A DNA stretch of 55,177 nucleotides from Octopus bimaculoides (GCF_001194135.2 NC_068982.1:12251374-12306550), one strand, 5' to 3'. Counted from the first letter of the stretch, positions 25,915 to 38,361 are shown. Notes: generated from the sequence alone by a model not told the origin. Translations and numbers: made by a program.

Positions 25915-26726
25915 CTTTAATCTATCAGCCCTAAAATGACAGAAAGCAAAGCTGACCTCAGTAGGATTTGAACTAGGAGCTTACACAGTCAGGACTGATA
26001 CTACAAAGCGTTTTGTCCTTTGCTCAAATGGGTCTGCCTACTCATCACTAAGAAATAACAATCAAATTCTTTCAAATAATACTATATAAGGTGGATAGTC
26101 TTGACTGGAATGCTTCTGATTTTAAAGCTCTGCACAACCAGATCTGGCCTGGAGACTAGACGACAACAACAACAACAACATATGTTTGATAAGTTAGAAA
26201 CCATGTTGGTATCTTTATTATGCAAAGTTACATACATTTTACTCAGTATTAATCTGGAAGCTAAAAGTGAAACAGTGAGGAAACTGAAATAAAAAAATAT
26301 ATTCATAAATGCGTTACAGAAATGTATATGCAACAGTGTGGAAATTATTTTATTGAAAGATATCAATATTTAGTATTTTGGTTAGCAAAATCTTTGGTGT
26401 TTCGCTGATAAATATTTCATTAACTGATTCTCTTTCAGAATTGCTTTGACTTGTTGCAATTTAGTAGAAGCAAAATATTCTTCAAAAAGCTTTGTTTAAG
26501 CTGTAAAAGAAAACGAAAATCAAATATATAAATATGTTAAAATAACAGTGTGTGCTATTTACCAATATTACATCATTTCTGTGTGTGTTAACTACTATAG
26601 ATATGCATATTTTAGAGCGTTAACCATTCCTTGAAAGAATGATTCCATATTGTGCTTCTAAGGTGGTGAGTTGGCAGAGCCATTAGTGTCCAGATGGAAT
26701 GATTGGCAGAATATGTCATGGTTCTA

Positions 26727-26870
26727 AGGCGACGAGCTGGCAGAAACGTTAGGACGCTGGACAAAATGCTTAGCTGTATTTTGTCTGTCTTTATGTTCTG
26801 AGTTCAAATTCTGCCGAGGTCGACTTTGCCTTTCAGCCTTTCGGGGTCGATAAATTAAGTACCAGTTGCA
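26727..26870 (+). mobile_element. Family B SINE
   Basis: aaggcgacgagctggcagaaacgttag...gagttcaaattctgccgaggtcgactttgcc. Confidence 0.85.
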
Positions 26871-26989
26871 TTTTTGTTTTCTCAGAATTAATAAAGTATG
26901 TAATGGGGTGGGTGGGTGAATTCTTCCCCCCCTCTCTCTCTTTCTCACACATACACAATTTTTCAGGATAATTGACAACTTAGTATCTT

Positions 26990-27140
26990 GGTTTTCTGGT
27001 AAGAAACTTGCTTCCCAACCATGTGGTTCTGGGTTCAGACCCATTGTGTGGCACATTGGGCATGTGGCTTTTATCATAGCCTTGGGTTGACCAGAGACCT
27101 GTGAGTAGCTTTAGTAGACGGAAACTGAAAGAAGCTCATC

Positions 27141-27171
<31 letters not shown>

Positions 27172-27320
27172 CATGTCTTTGTGTCTGTATTTGTCCCCCA
27201 TCACAACTTGACAACTGACGTTGGTTTGTTTACATCCACATAACTTCTTAAAGATTGAGTGAATAGGTTCCAGTCTTTAAATATTGGTACTGGGATCGAT
27301 TCACTCAACAAAAACTCTAG
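26990..27320 (+). mobile_element. Family A SINE, diverged
   Basis: Family A head, CORE-like segment and central (TA)n. Confidence 0.7.
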
Positions 27321-29062
27321 GTTTCTTTCGAATGATTCTGCAAAGATAAATTATTTCCACCTTTATATAATTCAAGCAATTATATTTATTCAATTTACAA
27401 TAGGTTCTTTTTTTAATTATTATTATTAATATTTGTATTTTAAAGCATTCCATTGCAATGCTGACATGGACAAAGGTAAAAACCTCTTCATAGTCACTTG
27501 TTTTGCATGCAGATGGTGGTTTAGTAAGTATATCCAGTACAATAGATCCATGGATTGCACTTAACCATTTGACTGGTTACTTTTGTGTCAAAGGTCTTGC
27601 ATGAACAAGGCCTCCCTGAACCTTCACAACAACAATGGAAGCAAGAAAAACAACAGCAACATTTGTGATACTTTACATAGTTATTCATGCTTAATGATGT
27701 TAGTATATAGAAGTATAATATCATTATATTTGTAATTAATAATTTACAACTATTATTCAGGAATATAAACCTGTTCAGGCTAAATTGCACCATTATTATG
27801 TATGAAAATTTGACCCCATGATCTAGAATAGATGGTATTTACTGAATGGTTTTATTTTTGTATTAGATAGTCTCCAACCAATATAGTGATCACATATTGA
27901 TATTTTCTATTATTAAATTTTCTGTAGAAGGTAAGCATTCTGACTAGTGATAATAAAGTATGCTTATAAATGTCAAATTTCTAGATTAATTACTATATAT
28001 GCTGCTTTCCTCCTGTTCTAGGAACAAAGGTCATTTTGCCTTGTGACTTTGACATTTCAAATGAAAATGGTTCCACTGTGGACAAGATCAACAGGTTTTT
28101 CTATATTCCATTTAGCAGAGTTGAACAATATTCATCCTCTGCTTGTATGTTTGATTTATAGAACAAATCAAGCGATGTGTAAAGTAGTATGAACTGATAT
28201 TTTGTAATTCAAGCTGGCCTGCTGGTAGAGAGCTAGCAAGAGATGAATGGCAGCGTTTTCACTAGTTTGCCAAGTGTAAGCTTATGGATAATAACATATA
28301 ATATGTAACCAATGCAACAAAAATTGCTAATGGTGCTTTTCTGTCTAGATCAATGAAATACTATTCTGTTTCACTGAAGCTATTTAATATTTCTATAAAT
28401 AGTGAGAAGACTTTGTTGCAGAAACATAAGAACATTTATTTTGACAATAAATAGAGTTAGTCAGTGAAATCATAGTAACACGTCCGTCCACTGGTAGTCA
28501 CTACATGTTGTCACATAATCCTAAGTGACAACAACAAAATGGAATGACATATCATTGAAACTAGGGAGATATTTCCAACAGTTTATTCCAGCTCTCAAGC
28601 ACTTGTTATTTCTTTGTTTTCTCATTTATTTCACAAAGTGGAAGTGATTGGTTTATATGATTAAGTGTTACCAGTCTGTATTCTGTTACTGGTTCTATTG
28701 TGGAATGTGCAAAGGCTGTTGTCTTTCTTAAGTAATAAGTCATTTTCAGATTTTTAATTTTCACACTTATCCTTTTACTAGTTTCAGTCATTTCGAGAGC
28801 TGTGGCCAAGCTGTAGCACTACCATTAAAGGTTTCAGTCAGTCATATCAACTCCACTACTTACTTCAGTGAGGTCTCTTGATTTATCAATCTCTATCTAT
28901 TGAATAGCTAAGTTACCTTTTGATGCAACTTCATACATCTTTTTTTTTCAAACACATACACACACACACACACACGAACCCTCCCTCTCTATATATATAC
29001 TTTTATTCTTTTATGTGTTTCATCCCAATCGTTGTGGTCATGCTGGGGTACCATATTCTAAA

Positions 29063-29266
29063 ATGTCTCTTATTGAAGGTATATCATCCTGAGAAGTAGA
29101 AACTGTTGAAGGAGTAATAGGAGCAGTGTCCTTCCTTGACCTTTACTGGCCATTCCAGGCTGGTGAGAAAAAAAATATTGTTAACATTTTAAGATTGAAC
29201 TTTTGTTTCTTGGTACAGGTAAGAAAAATGGCGGCAGGGTTGAAATTCCACTGGATGCAGTTCTGA
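29063..29266 (+). pseudogene. Possible decayed coding exon pair (unidentified)
   Basis: MSLIEGISS*EVETVEGVIGAVSFLDLYWPFQA|G, donor CTG|gtgaga, 56-nt intron ending tttgtttcttggtacag, then GKKNGGRVEIPLDAVL with donor |gtaaga. No protein family recognised. Confidence 0.2.
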
Positions 29267-30722
29267 GTAAGAATGATTGATTAAATGTTCCATATATGGC
29301 TAGGAAGACGAGACATAGAATGAGAGAAGAGAGGAAGTATTGTGATGGTTGTAGTAAGCTGGCAGAATCATTTGTAGATCAGACAAATGCTCAATAACAT
29401 TTCTTCCAGGTCTTTACGTTCTGAGTTCAAATTCCACCAAGGTTGACTCTGCTTTCCATTTTGTTTGTTAGGTTGATAAAATAAGTTCATTGGAATTATG
29501 CAATGCAACATTTTTTTCCTAAGATGTTAGATAGGGTGTGCTTTGAATTAATGTAGCTGCTATTTCTAGTAGACTGAGCAACTGCAAACAGACATCCTCA
29601 TTTGCTTGAGGAGAAGAGATGGATACACTCATTGGAGTTGGTTAAGATAACTACAATGTTTTGTAGTCCAGAATATTGTATTAAAATGCAAAATTGAAAC
29701 TACAATTCACTCAGATAATTTGGCAGCCTGTTTCCATTCTCTTTTAGTCAATTCAATTTTGAAATGAATAGAAATGCTAATTCAATATGGGTGTGATTTA
29801 ATCCACAACATCAAAGACTCCAAATTTTACTGTTGAGTAATGGTTCAGTTAAATGATACTCTTAGTTTTTGTACTCTTGATTTTGTACCAATTCAACTTC
29901 CTGTTCCAATATATAATATTAAAACCTACAAAATGCATGGCCAATATAGTAAGTAGACTTTACAGCAGAGCGAAACCATAACTTTCATGAAATAAAACAT
30001 TTTCAACGCTTTGATCATTAGTTTGGAAATGATTTCACTAGAAATAATTTATACAGAAACATAATCTTAAGGACTTCATCAATGATTGAAGGGAAAATAT
30101 ACTGAAATAGAATTATTTTCTGGTTATTCTATCACTAAGTTAAAACCTAACTAAATAAATGAGTAAATAAATAAATAAAAGATACAAAGTGTTTGATCAA
30201 AGGATAAAATTATTGATGTAAAAACATTGATTAAATTGTTATTGAGTAATTTTAATCTGTAGTGTTTTATTGGAACTGTGTTTGGAAGATATCTGATTGA
30301 AAATCGAGGAGCAACTTAGTAAATAATTCCACATCCATCTGGAACCAAATCCCACATTTTGATCTCCAATGTTTCATTTTATAGTGTGTTATAATGCATA
30401 CAAAGTTAGTCCAGAGTATCAATCTAAACATGTTTTAACTAGTCTGGTTTAAAGGATTCTGGGGTCGTTGCTCACATCTATTTAATTTATGCAAGAATGT
30501 AAGTAGAAGTAAAGCAACATATGCAACCACAATAAAATAGAAATTTGCTTTCTTTTTATTTTTATTTTTAGCTACTTCTTAATTCTGCAGACAATACGAT
30601 TTTATGTAAGTCTTATTTGAAGGAATTCAGTAACACTGGTAATATCAAAATTCTGTCACAAAACTGCTTACTAACTTGTATATATTTTCATCTGTATAGC
30701 TAGGTGACAAGCTGGCAGAATT

Positions 30723-31112
30723 CTGGAATTCCAACCATGTTTTGTCGTTCGCTACCTCAACAACTCCTTTATAGGATCCGGTGGCTAAGGACATCATCAA
30801 GAGGAACCACATCCGGTTTCAGCCCCTAATCCTCTTCCATTTTTGATGTGGCAGGGCTGCCCTCCCACCACCTTTCGGAGGTGTCTTCAGCTCTGGTGTT
30901 GAGTGTGTTTTTTCTTTGGCTTTTGTTCTTTGGTTTCTTTGATGCAGTGTCAATGAATGTCAATGGGTGAATGACCACTCTGCCAAATCTCCCTTTAAAT
31001 ACTCGCTGGTAGGCTCCAGCAATCAGCACCAGCTAACTGTCACATGACGCAATCTAAGCTTCAACTAACCAATGGAAAGGAAGGGTGCGTTGTTTGGGCC
31101 CATGTCCTCTCT
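30723..31112 (-). mobile_element. Second copy of the 16488 repeat, inserted into a family B SINE
   Basis: Homology to 16488-16660. Family B sequence stops at ~30722 and resumes at ~31113. Confidence 0.6.
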
Positions 31113-31869
31113 ACCAGGCAGAATGCTTAGTCGCATTTCATTTGTACTTGCATTCTGAGTTCAAATTCTACCCAAACTAACTGTGCCTTTTATCTTCTCA
31201 GGGTCAATAAAATAAGCACTGGGGTTGATGTAATTGACTTAACTCTACTTCTGGCTATGAGTATAAAAAACAGTATCCCTCTACCAAACCATGTCAAGCC
31301 AATGTGGCACAATAGGCTCATCAAACCAACATGATCTCAAGTGGGGAGAACATACTGAAGCCTTCATGCTGCAGTGGATTGAACATGAGAAATCCAATCC
31401 AGTCCAAACCAACTCAGTAGCTAGATTATATTCTTCACAATGCTTTATTCAACTTATTCTTAAATTCATTCAAAAAGCCAAATGTGCCAGTAAAAACAAT
31501 TAATATTGCTAAATTTAGTTAATAAATATATATTGTGTAGAAAGACAATAGTCCTGGCAATATTTCTACAGTAACTTATTTATTTCATTTGTTTGTGCTG
31601 TACAATAGTGAGATAAGGTGGAGGCTAATAAAGCATGGGCCTCGGGCACCAATTCTAAGCAGTGCCAAATTCCTGATTCATTTATTTATTTTGACTTGGT
31701 AGAGAAAATTTTATGTCAACCAACTTTTTTTGTTTTTCCAAATTCTGGTGAATATGAAATGAAACTAGTGCGTTAATTGACATACAAACAATTAATTAAC
31801 TTATACACATTCAGTCACATGCACACACGCTCATGCATGTACATATACATACATATACACATGCATACA

Positions 31870-32572
31870 TTCTTTTTATTTGTTTCAGTCATTTGATTGT
31901 GGCCATGCTGGAGCACCTCCTTTTTTAGTTGAACAAATCGACCTCAGGACTTATTCTTTGTAAGCCTAGTACTTATCCTATCAGTCACTTTTGCCGAACC
32001 ACTATGACATGGGGACATAAACACACCAACATCGGTTGTCAAGTGATGGTGGGAGGACAAACACAGACACACATACTAATATATAAATATATATAAATAT
32101 ATCATCATCATCATTTAACATCCGCTTTCCATGCTAGCATGGGTTGGACAATTTGAGTGAGGACTGGTGAACCGGATGGCTGCACCAGGTCCCAGTCTGA
32201 TCTAGCAAAGTTTCTACAGCTGGATGCCCTTCCTAACACCAACCACTCTGAGAGTGTAGTGGATGCTTTTACGTGCCACCGGCACAAGTGCCGGTATGGC
32301 GACGCTGGTAACGATTATGCTCAAATGGTGCTATTTACATGCCACTAGCATGGAAGCCAGACAGCTGCTCTGGCAATGATCACGCTTGGACAGTGGTGTT
32401 AGTGCTCCACTGGCACAGGTGCCAGTAGATATATATATATATANNNNNNNNNNNNNNNNNNNNNNNNNNNNNNNNNNNNNNNNNNNNNNNNNNNNNNNNN
32501 NNNNNNNNNNNNNNNNNNNNNNNNNNNNNNNNNNNNNNNNNNNNNNNNNNNNNNNNNNNNNNNNNNNATATA

Positions 32573-32609
<37 letters not shown>

Positions 32610-32765
32610 GGCTTCTTTCAGTTTCTGTGAACCAAATCCACTCACAAGGCCATGGTTGGCCCGAGGCTATAGTACAAAATACTTGCCCAAGGTTCCATGC
32701 AGTGGGACTGAACCCGGAATCATGTGATTGGGAAGCAAGCTTCTTACCACACAGCAACACTGTGC
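31870..32765 (-). mobile_element. Family A SINE (3' half 31870-32080, 5' half 32606-32765) with a family D element (32102-32430, minus strand) in its central microsatellite
   Basis: Consensus comparison of the halves. Confidence 0.8.
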
Positions 32766-32908
32766 CTATAAAGTGGGAGATGCTTACAGTAAGTTTCCTA
32801 AGTGGTCATCCATCTAAGTACTCACTTGGCTCGATGTTATATATATGCAGGTGAGTGGACAAATGACAGACGGGCACTCAACCAATTTATTGGGAGTTAC
32901 ATGTATAG

Positions 32909-33047
32909 ATCAAAACAGTTTCATTCAAATTCATTGTTACTCTTGAGTTTGAAGCATGATGTTAGTCATCAGTCATTTTGAATTTGACGACTAGCATCAT
33001 GCTTGAAACTCAGGAGTACCAACTCATTTGAATCAAACTGTTTTGAT
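32909..33047. repeat. 139-nt imperfect palindrome (hairpin / small MITE)
   Basis: atcaaaacagtttcattcaaattcattgttactcttgagtttgaagcatgatgttagtcatca pairs with tgacgactagcatcatgcttgaaactcaggagtaccaactcatttgaatcaaactgttttgat; loop about 13 nt. Confidence 0.85.
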
Positions 33048-33100
33048 ACATACATAAATACATACATACATACATACATACATACACACATATAAATATC

Positions 33101-33420
33101 TCTTTGAAAATCAAAGAAAAAGAGGACATCTATGGACAACTGCCTCAAAACCTCCAGCTTCTATATCCTGACTATGAATTCATATTCATACCAATAATAA
33201 TTGGCACTAGGTTTTGTTATCAAATGCTTAAAGGATAATCTGGATAATCTGGGATTTTCAGGTACAGAAATCGACCAGCTGATTCGTACATTACAAGTGC
33301 AATCTGTGAGTGGAACAGTAAAAATATGCAAGACTTTTCTCAAGTTCCAAATGTGAATTTGTTTGTGTTAACTACATCCCAAAGATGGAGCCTTGTATCT
33401 TTGTTGGAAACTGGCTCCCT
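33101..33420 (+). mobile_element. RLE-type non-LTR retrotransposon 3' end (R4/CRE-like), frameshifted
   Basis: LKIKEKEDIYGQLPQNLQLLYPDYEFIFIPIIIG / (A)LGFVIKCLKDNLDNLGFSGTEIDQLIRTLQVQSVSGTVKICKTFLKFQM*, matching the 'IPIIIGALG' C-terminus of restriction-like endonuclease ORFs. Confidence 0.7.
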
Positions 33421-34348
33421 CTGCAGTGGAAGATTTATAATAATTAAAAAAATAGAAGTGATATGTATATTAATGTCATAAAAGTAGCATTATATTTACA
33501 AATCTTAGAATGAGTACTCAACATCCGCAAGAGAAAAATATATACACAACGAAAAGAAAAATGAGAAAAACTGTAATCATTAATCCATCGAAGCAAAAGC
33601 TAGAAGAAAATCAGATTTGCTGATGGCTTCAGCTCCAACTTTCTAAGTTATCATAGGAGAAGAGGAAAAAAAAAATTGTTATAACTAGTTGAGTCAGATA
33701 ATTGGGTAAGAGAAAACTTCACAGAATATTTGACTTCAACTGTAAAGGTGTTGAGAATATTAATTACTTTATTGATTTTAGTTTGAAGACTAGCTTGCTG
33801 GTCAGCAGAACAAAGGATGCAACAAAGCCTTGAAGTTGCAGATCAGTAGGATATCTCATTTCTTTAGTTCTTCTAAAGATTATGTTTAATATATTTACTA
33901 AATATGTGATACTTCTCATATTGCAAGGATCATTATTTCTAATCTCGTTGGGGGATATTCATAAAAATGTTTAAAAAAAAAATAAAGAAAAAATAAAGAA
34001 ACACATGCAAATAAAGTATGAACGGTATTTAAGATTTCATTGTTTGTTTTCTTTTTTTTATTTGTTGTATATGTTTTCTTTCTTTTGAGAGTCTTCCTCT
34101 ATTCGCTTTTCCAGCCTAACATTCTGTCAAGCTGAAAAATAAGCAACTTATTTTATTCTAAATACCGTTGATGTTATCTTCGGAGCACTTCATGTGTGGG
34201 TTTTAATAGCAGTAATTATTTCCACTGTTCTTGTACAACCGGCATACTTACAGAGACAATAAAAAAATTACTGCATACTGCCTTAGTTTTAATGAGTTTT
34301 AAATTTTTGTTGTAGCTGTTGTTGTTTTCTATTGCCTTTTCATACAGT

Positions 34349-34638
34349 GAAAGCACATGGCTTAGTGGTTAGGGCATTCAGCTCACAATTGTAAGGTCAT
34401 GAGTTCAATTCCTGGCGATGTGTTGTGTCCTTGAGCAAGACACTTTATTTCATGTTGCTCCAGTCCACTCAGCTGGCAAAAATGAGAAGGGTTAGCTTTG
34501 TCACATTCTGCATCCCGCTGCAGTTCCCAGTACGTGTGTCTGTGGAGTACTCAGCCACTTGCATGTTAATTTCATGAGCAAGCTGCTCCGTTGATTGTAT
34601 GAACTGGAACTCTTGCCATTGTAACATTTGGAGTGCCA
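34349..34638 (+). mobile_element. Family C tRNA-derived SINE
   Basis: A-box tggcttagtgg, B-box gagttcaattcc, and gtgtccttgagcaagacactttattt. Confidence 0.85.
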
Positions 34639-34823
34639 GTTTTTTTTTTACATACAGTAAGCTTTTTCAATGAGACTTTTTTGTTTCAAATTTCACTTTC
34701 ACCAGATTATTATTCATATATCCAACTATTTTCCCCTGGGGAAGTTCCTTTAACTTAGTCAAGCTTTGATCTGTTAGGATTGAGCCAACATCTGTTTTAC
34801 AGTAGAGTTGTTCTCCATGCAAT

Positions 34824-34997
34824 CCTGGTTGGAGGCTCAACCTTTTGAGATTTTTAACAGGGCTTAGAAAAACTGAAGGATCACTGCAATAATTGTGTGG
34901 ATCACAGAGGGGAATATGTTGAATGAAATCATAATTAACTGATCCTCCTGTATTTCCTTTTTACCCAAAGCCAGGAACTTTCCAGCACACCTTCGTA
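34824..34997 (+). mobile_element. Mariner-derived MITE, right half
   Basis: LKDHCNNCVDHRGEYVE* followed by the TIR aaagccaggaactttccagcacaccttcgta. Confidence 0.7.
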
Positions 34998-36389
34998 ATA
35001 TTTTGTAGATTCACGACACCTCGTCTTTTTCTTTCTGTTTAGTAAAATTAAATTTTTTTTCCTTCTGCTGGGTCAGTTACCTGGGTTCTGTGGTGCAGAA
35101 GTGACTGAGATCACAATATTCTCCTGAATGGGACACCTGTCCATTGTAGGGCTCAAGTACAATAATTTTGAGGGGAGGGGACAAACTGATTACATGACCC
35201 CAGTAATTGACTGGTATTTTACCTTATCAACCTCAAAGGGATGAAGGGTAAAGTTGACCTCAGTAAGGTTTGATTGCAGAATGTAAAGAGCAGGAAGAAA
35301 CGTACCTAAATAAAGATAACCTTGACAAGTGATGTACAAGCATTGCTAACACAGAAGAACACAGTATTGGCTTGTGAAATCGTTTATCTATACTTTGTAG
35401 TGTATCATGATTGCATAACGAAATACTGTGTCCCTACAGATCATTAAATATGCGTGTTTCAGTATCTTTAAAATCTCATTACGACAGGACATAGATAATT
35501 AATGAATTTCAGTCAAAATTCCAAATAGAGTTGTATAAGAAAATGAAATGAAGTAAAAATGTTATAAAAATATTTGTGAGAGGCCTATGGTGACTATGGT
35601 TACAATTCCCACCTCCAGACGTAACAAAAACAACAACAATGACATGTATTTGTGTTACAATAAGGATACTTTAATCTTAGCATTTGATAATAAATACCTT
35701 GAACGATGTGAAAACTCATGCAATTATGTATGCAGTCACGTCAATGGAATAATAATTCAGTTATGTTTTAATTTCAATATTATACAATTTTGCCTTGATC
35801 AGATGGTTTATTCTAATAAGGCTGATTGGCACATTTTCATGAGACACTAATGTTGGAAACATAATCAATGGTTAATTCAAAAGTAATTTTCTTCCCTTTT
35901 CTAATTACGGTAATGATTTACAAGATGGAAAAAAAAAGAAGCCCCAAGAATGTTAAATACTTGTAAAAAAAAACCAAAAACTGATCTATATAAGTTTAAT
36001 CTATAATGCAAAGATTTTAAAATGAAATAACAGTATATCAAAGAATTACTGCACTTCATAATTGAAATGGATTCCATGTATGGTATTTAGAAATATTTGA
36101 GTAATTCTAAATGAAATAGAAAATTATCTGAAATTGAGAACTATTTTGAAATAATTCAGGTTAAAAATATAGGACAAACTATGGTGTTATGAAATATCTT
36201 TTGTATTTCTATTCCCTGCTGTACAACACATTGAGTTGCATTTCACTGATACAGGTGGCATATCAGTTTATCTATGAGAAGGGGTTCCTAGCTCTTTATG
36301 CAACCCTTCTCTCTTTCTGGTGATGACTGAAATGCTGTTGGTGATAGCGCAAGACCCTTCTCACAGCAAACTGTTGACAATTACAAAAG

Positions 36390-36433
36390 ATAGATAGGTA
36401 GGTAGGTAGGTAGGTGGATAGATAGACAGATAG

Positions 36434-36496
<63 letters not shown>
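36390..36496. repeat. (TAGG)/(TAGA)n/(GA)n compound microsatellite
   Basis: Directly visible. Confidence 0.95.
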
Positions 36497-36499
<3 letters not shown>

Positions 36500-36944
36500 C
36501 TTGAGCCCAGTCACTGAGTAGTGGCCAGCAGTTTTGAAGAGAAGGGACTAGTTAATGTCATTGACCCCAGTACTTGACTGATACTTTATTTTATCAACCC
36601 CCAAAAGATGAAATGCAAAGTTGACATTGACATGATTTGAACCCAGAATGTAGAGATTTAGAAGAAATATCACAAGGCATTTTGTTTAATGCTCTAATGC
36701 TTCTGTTATTCCACTGCCTTTGGTACTTTACTGACACTGGAATGTCAAAAGACAAAGTTGAACTCAGAGAGCAGAGAGTCAGTATAAATACCACAAGGTA
36801 TGTTATTTGAGGTTCTAATATCCCTACCAATTCAGTGGTTTACTGTGAAATTGTGCGACCACACAATTAGTTTGTATTATATGTGCCTATAACCAATACC
36901 ATTGTTATTAATACCACTCTGATCTACTGTTCCTCCTGATGCAG

Positions 36945-37100
36945 CATGGCTGTGTGCTAAAAAGTTTGCTTCCCACTCACATAGTTCTGGGTTCAGTCCT
37001 ACTGTGTGGTACCTTGGACAAATGTCTCCTTAGGCCTCAAGTTGACCAAAGCCTTGTGAGTAGATGTGATAACAGAAACTGAAAGAAGCCTGTCGTGTAT
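36945..37100 (+). mobile_element. Family A SINE 5' half
   Basis: catggctgtgtgctaaaaag...gggttcagtcct...aactgaaagaagcctgtcg; the expected 3' half is replaced by the RLE element. Confidence 0.7.
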
Positions 37101-37135
37101 ATATATATCACCATATACACTCGAAACTAGGCCAA

Positions 37136-37625
37136 CAAATAACAACAGAAAATGAGAAAGCAACCATACTCTGGGATGTGCCAATACACACAGATAGAGA
37201 AATTAAGGCCAATAGGCCAGATATAGTTGTCAGAGATCACCAAGAAAAAAAATGCTTTTTAATCGATGTATCAATATCAACAGATGACAAAGTCTCTTTA
37301 AAAGAAATGGAAAAACTTTCAAAATACAAAGATCTGGAAATAGAGGTAACTTGAATATGGAGCCTAAAAACAGAAACAATTCCTATCATTATAGGTGCAT
37401 TAGGTATGGTAAAAAAATATCCAGACAGATACGTAACAAAAACACCAGGACTAACAAATATATATAATATAAAGAAAATAGCAATACTGGGCACTGCACA
37501 CATCCTATGCAAAACACTTTCAATACAATAAAAATAAGAGCAGCACAACAAACCACAGCACATACCCAAGGCATACAGAGCTGTGCTCGGTAGTGCAGTG
37601 AAGCACGTGATAAAAATAAGACTAT

Positions 37626-37678
<53 letters not shown>
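37136..37678 (+). mobile_element. R4/Dong-like non-LTR retrotransposon 3' fragment (RLE domain, 3' UTR, (AAT)n tail)
   Basis: One frame 37136-37531 with a single internal TGA: ILWDVPIHTDREIKANRPDIVVRD...CFLIDVSI...KEMEKLSKYKDLEIEVT*IWSLKTETIPIIIGALG...LGTAHILCKTL (PD-(D/E)xK endonuclease). (AAT)n at 37628-37678. Confidence 0.9.
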
Positions 37679-37679
<1 letters not shown>

Positions 37680-38361
37680 TATTAAAGAACGGCAGCTCCC
37701 CATTATGTCGTATATGCCAACAACAAAATGAGACCATCGATCATGTTGTCTCCATGTGCAGTCTGCTTGCGCCTACAGAGTATCTCAACAGGCATGATAG
37801 AGTTGCACAATATATTCACTGGGTAATATGCAAAAACCTGGACTTGTCCCATGATAAAAACTGGTGGGAACACAAACCACCCCCNNNNNNNNNNNNNNNN
37901 NNNNNNNNNNNNNNNNNNNNNNNNNNNNNNNNNNNNNNNNNNNNNNNNNNNNNNNNNNNNNNNNNNNNNNNNNNNNNNNNNNCTGAAGACGAAAACAATA
38001 CCTATTGTCATAGGTGCCCTGGGAATGACAGCGAAATGGGCTGATTACTACCTAGCACAGATACCAGGAAACCCCAAAATGGCTGAAGTTCAAAAGATAG
38101 TGCTCATGGGAACTGCCCATATCCTACGTAAAATACTGTCTATGTGATCTCAAATTTTTAAACAAACACATAATTTTCTTATGGTTTCTTAAACATTCAC
38201 TAGAACAAAACTGTACAAATCCAAATATGTGGTACCCTAGGCATAACACCTACATGAACTTCTAACTTGTTGTCTCTTGAGGTCTCTGGGTGAGACTTGG
38301 ATCCAACTTGTACAAATGCAAAACAAAAGTCAAACATAAAATAATAATAATAATAATAATT
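37679..38361 (+). mobile_element. Second, diverged R4/Dong-like 3' fragment (CCHC plus RLE, 3' UTR, (AAT)n tail)
   Basis: CRICQQQNETIDHVVSMC (CCHC), RHDRVAQYIHW, WWEHKPP, gap, then LKTKTIPIVIGALG...MGTAHILRKILSM* (stop 38145-38147). (AAT)n at 38338-38361. Confidence 0.9.

Noticed and set aside
27521-27793. Cys-rich minus-strand ORF (CCCCFSCFHCCC)
   Set aside because: Derived from (CAA)-rich plus-strand sequence; no metallothionein-like spacing or length.
34349-34420. tRNA-like A/B boxes (also in family A and B heads)
   Set aside because: They are SINE heads continuing into SINE bodies, with no full cloverleaf, so they were not called as tRNA genes.
35581-35620. EAYGDYGYNSHLQT, resembling a GALNT 'YGYN..L' motif
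   Set aside because: Only 14 codons between stops and a weak acceptor; likely chance.
36255-36319. Exon-like VAYQFIYEKGFLALYATLLSF
   Set aside because: Superficial resemblance to mitochondrial-carrier 'G..ALY' but no carrier signature motif and no supporting neighbouring exons.
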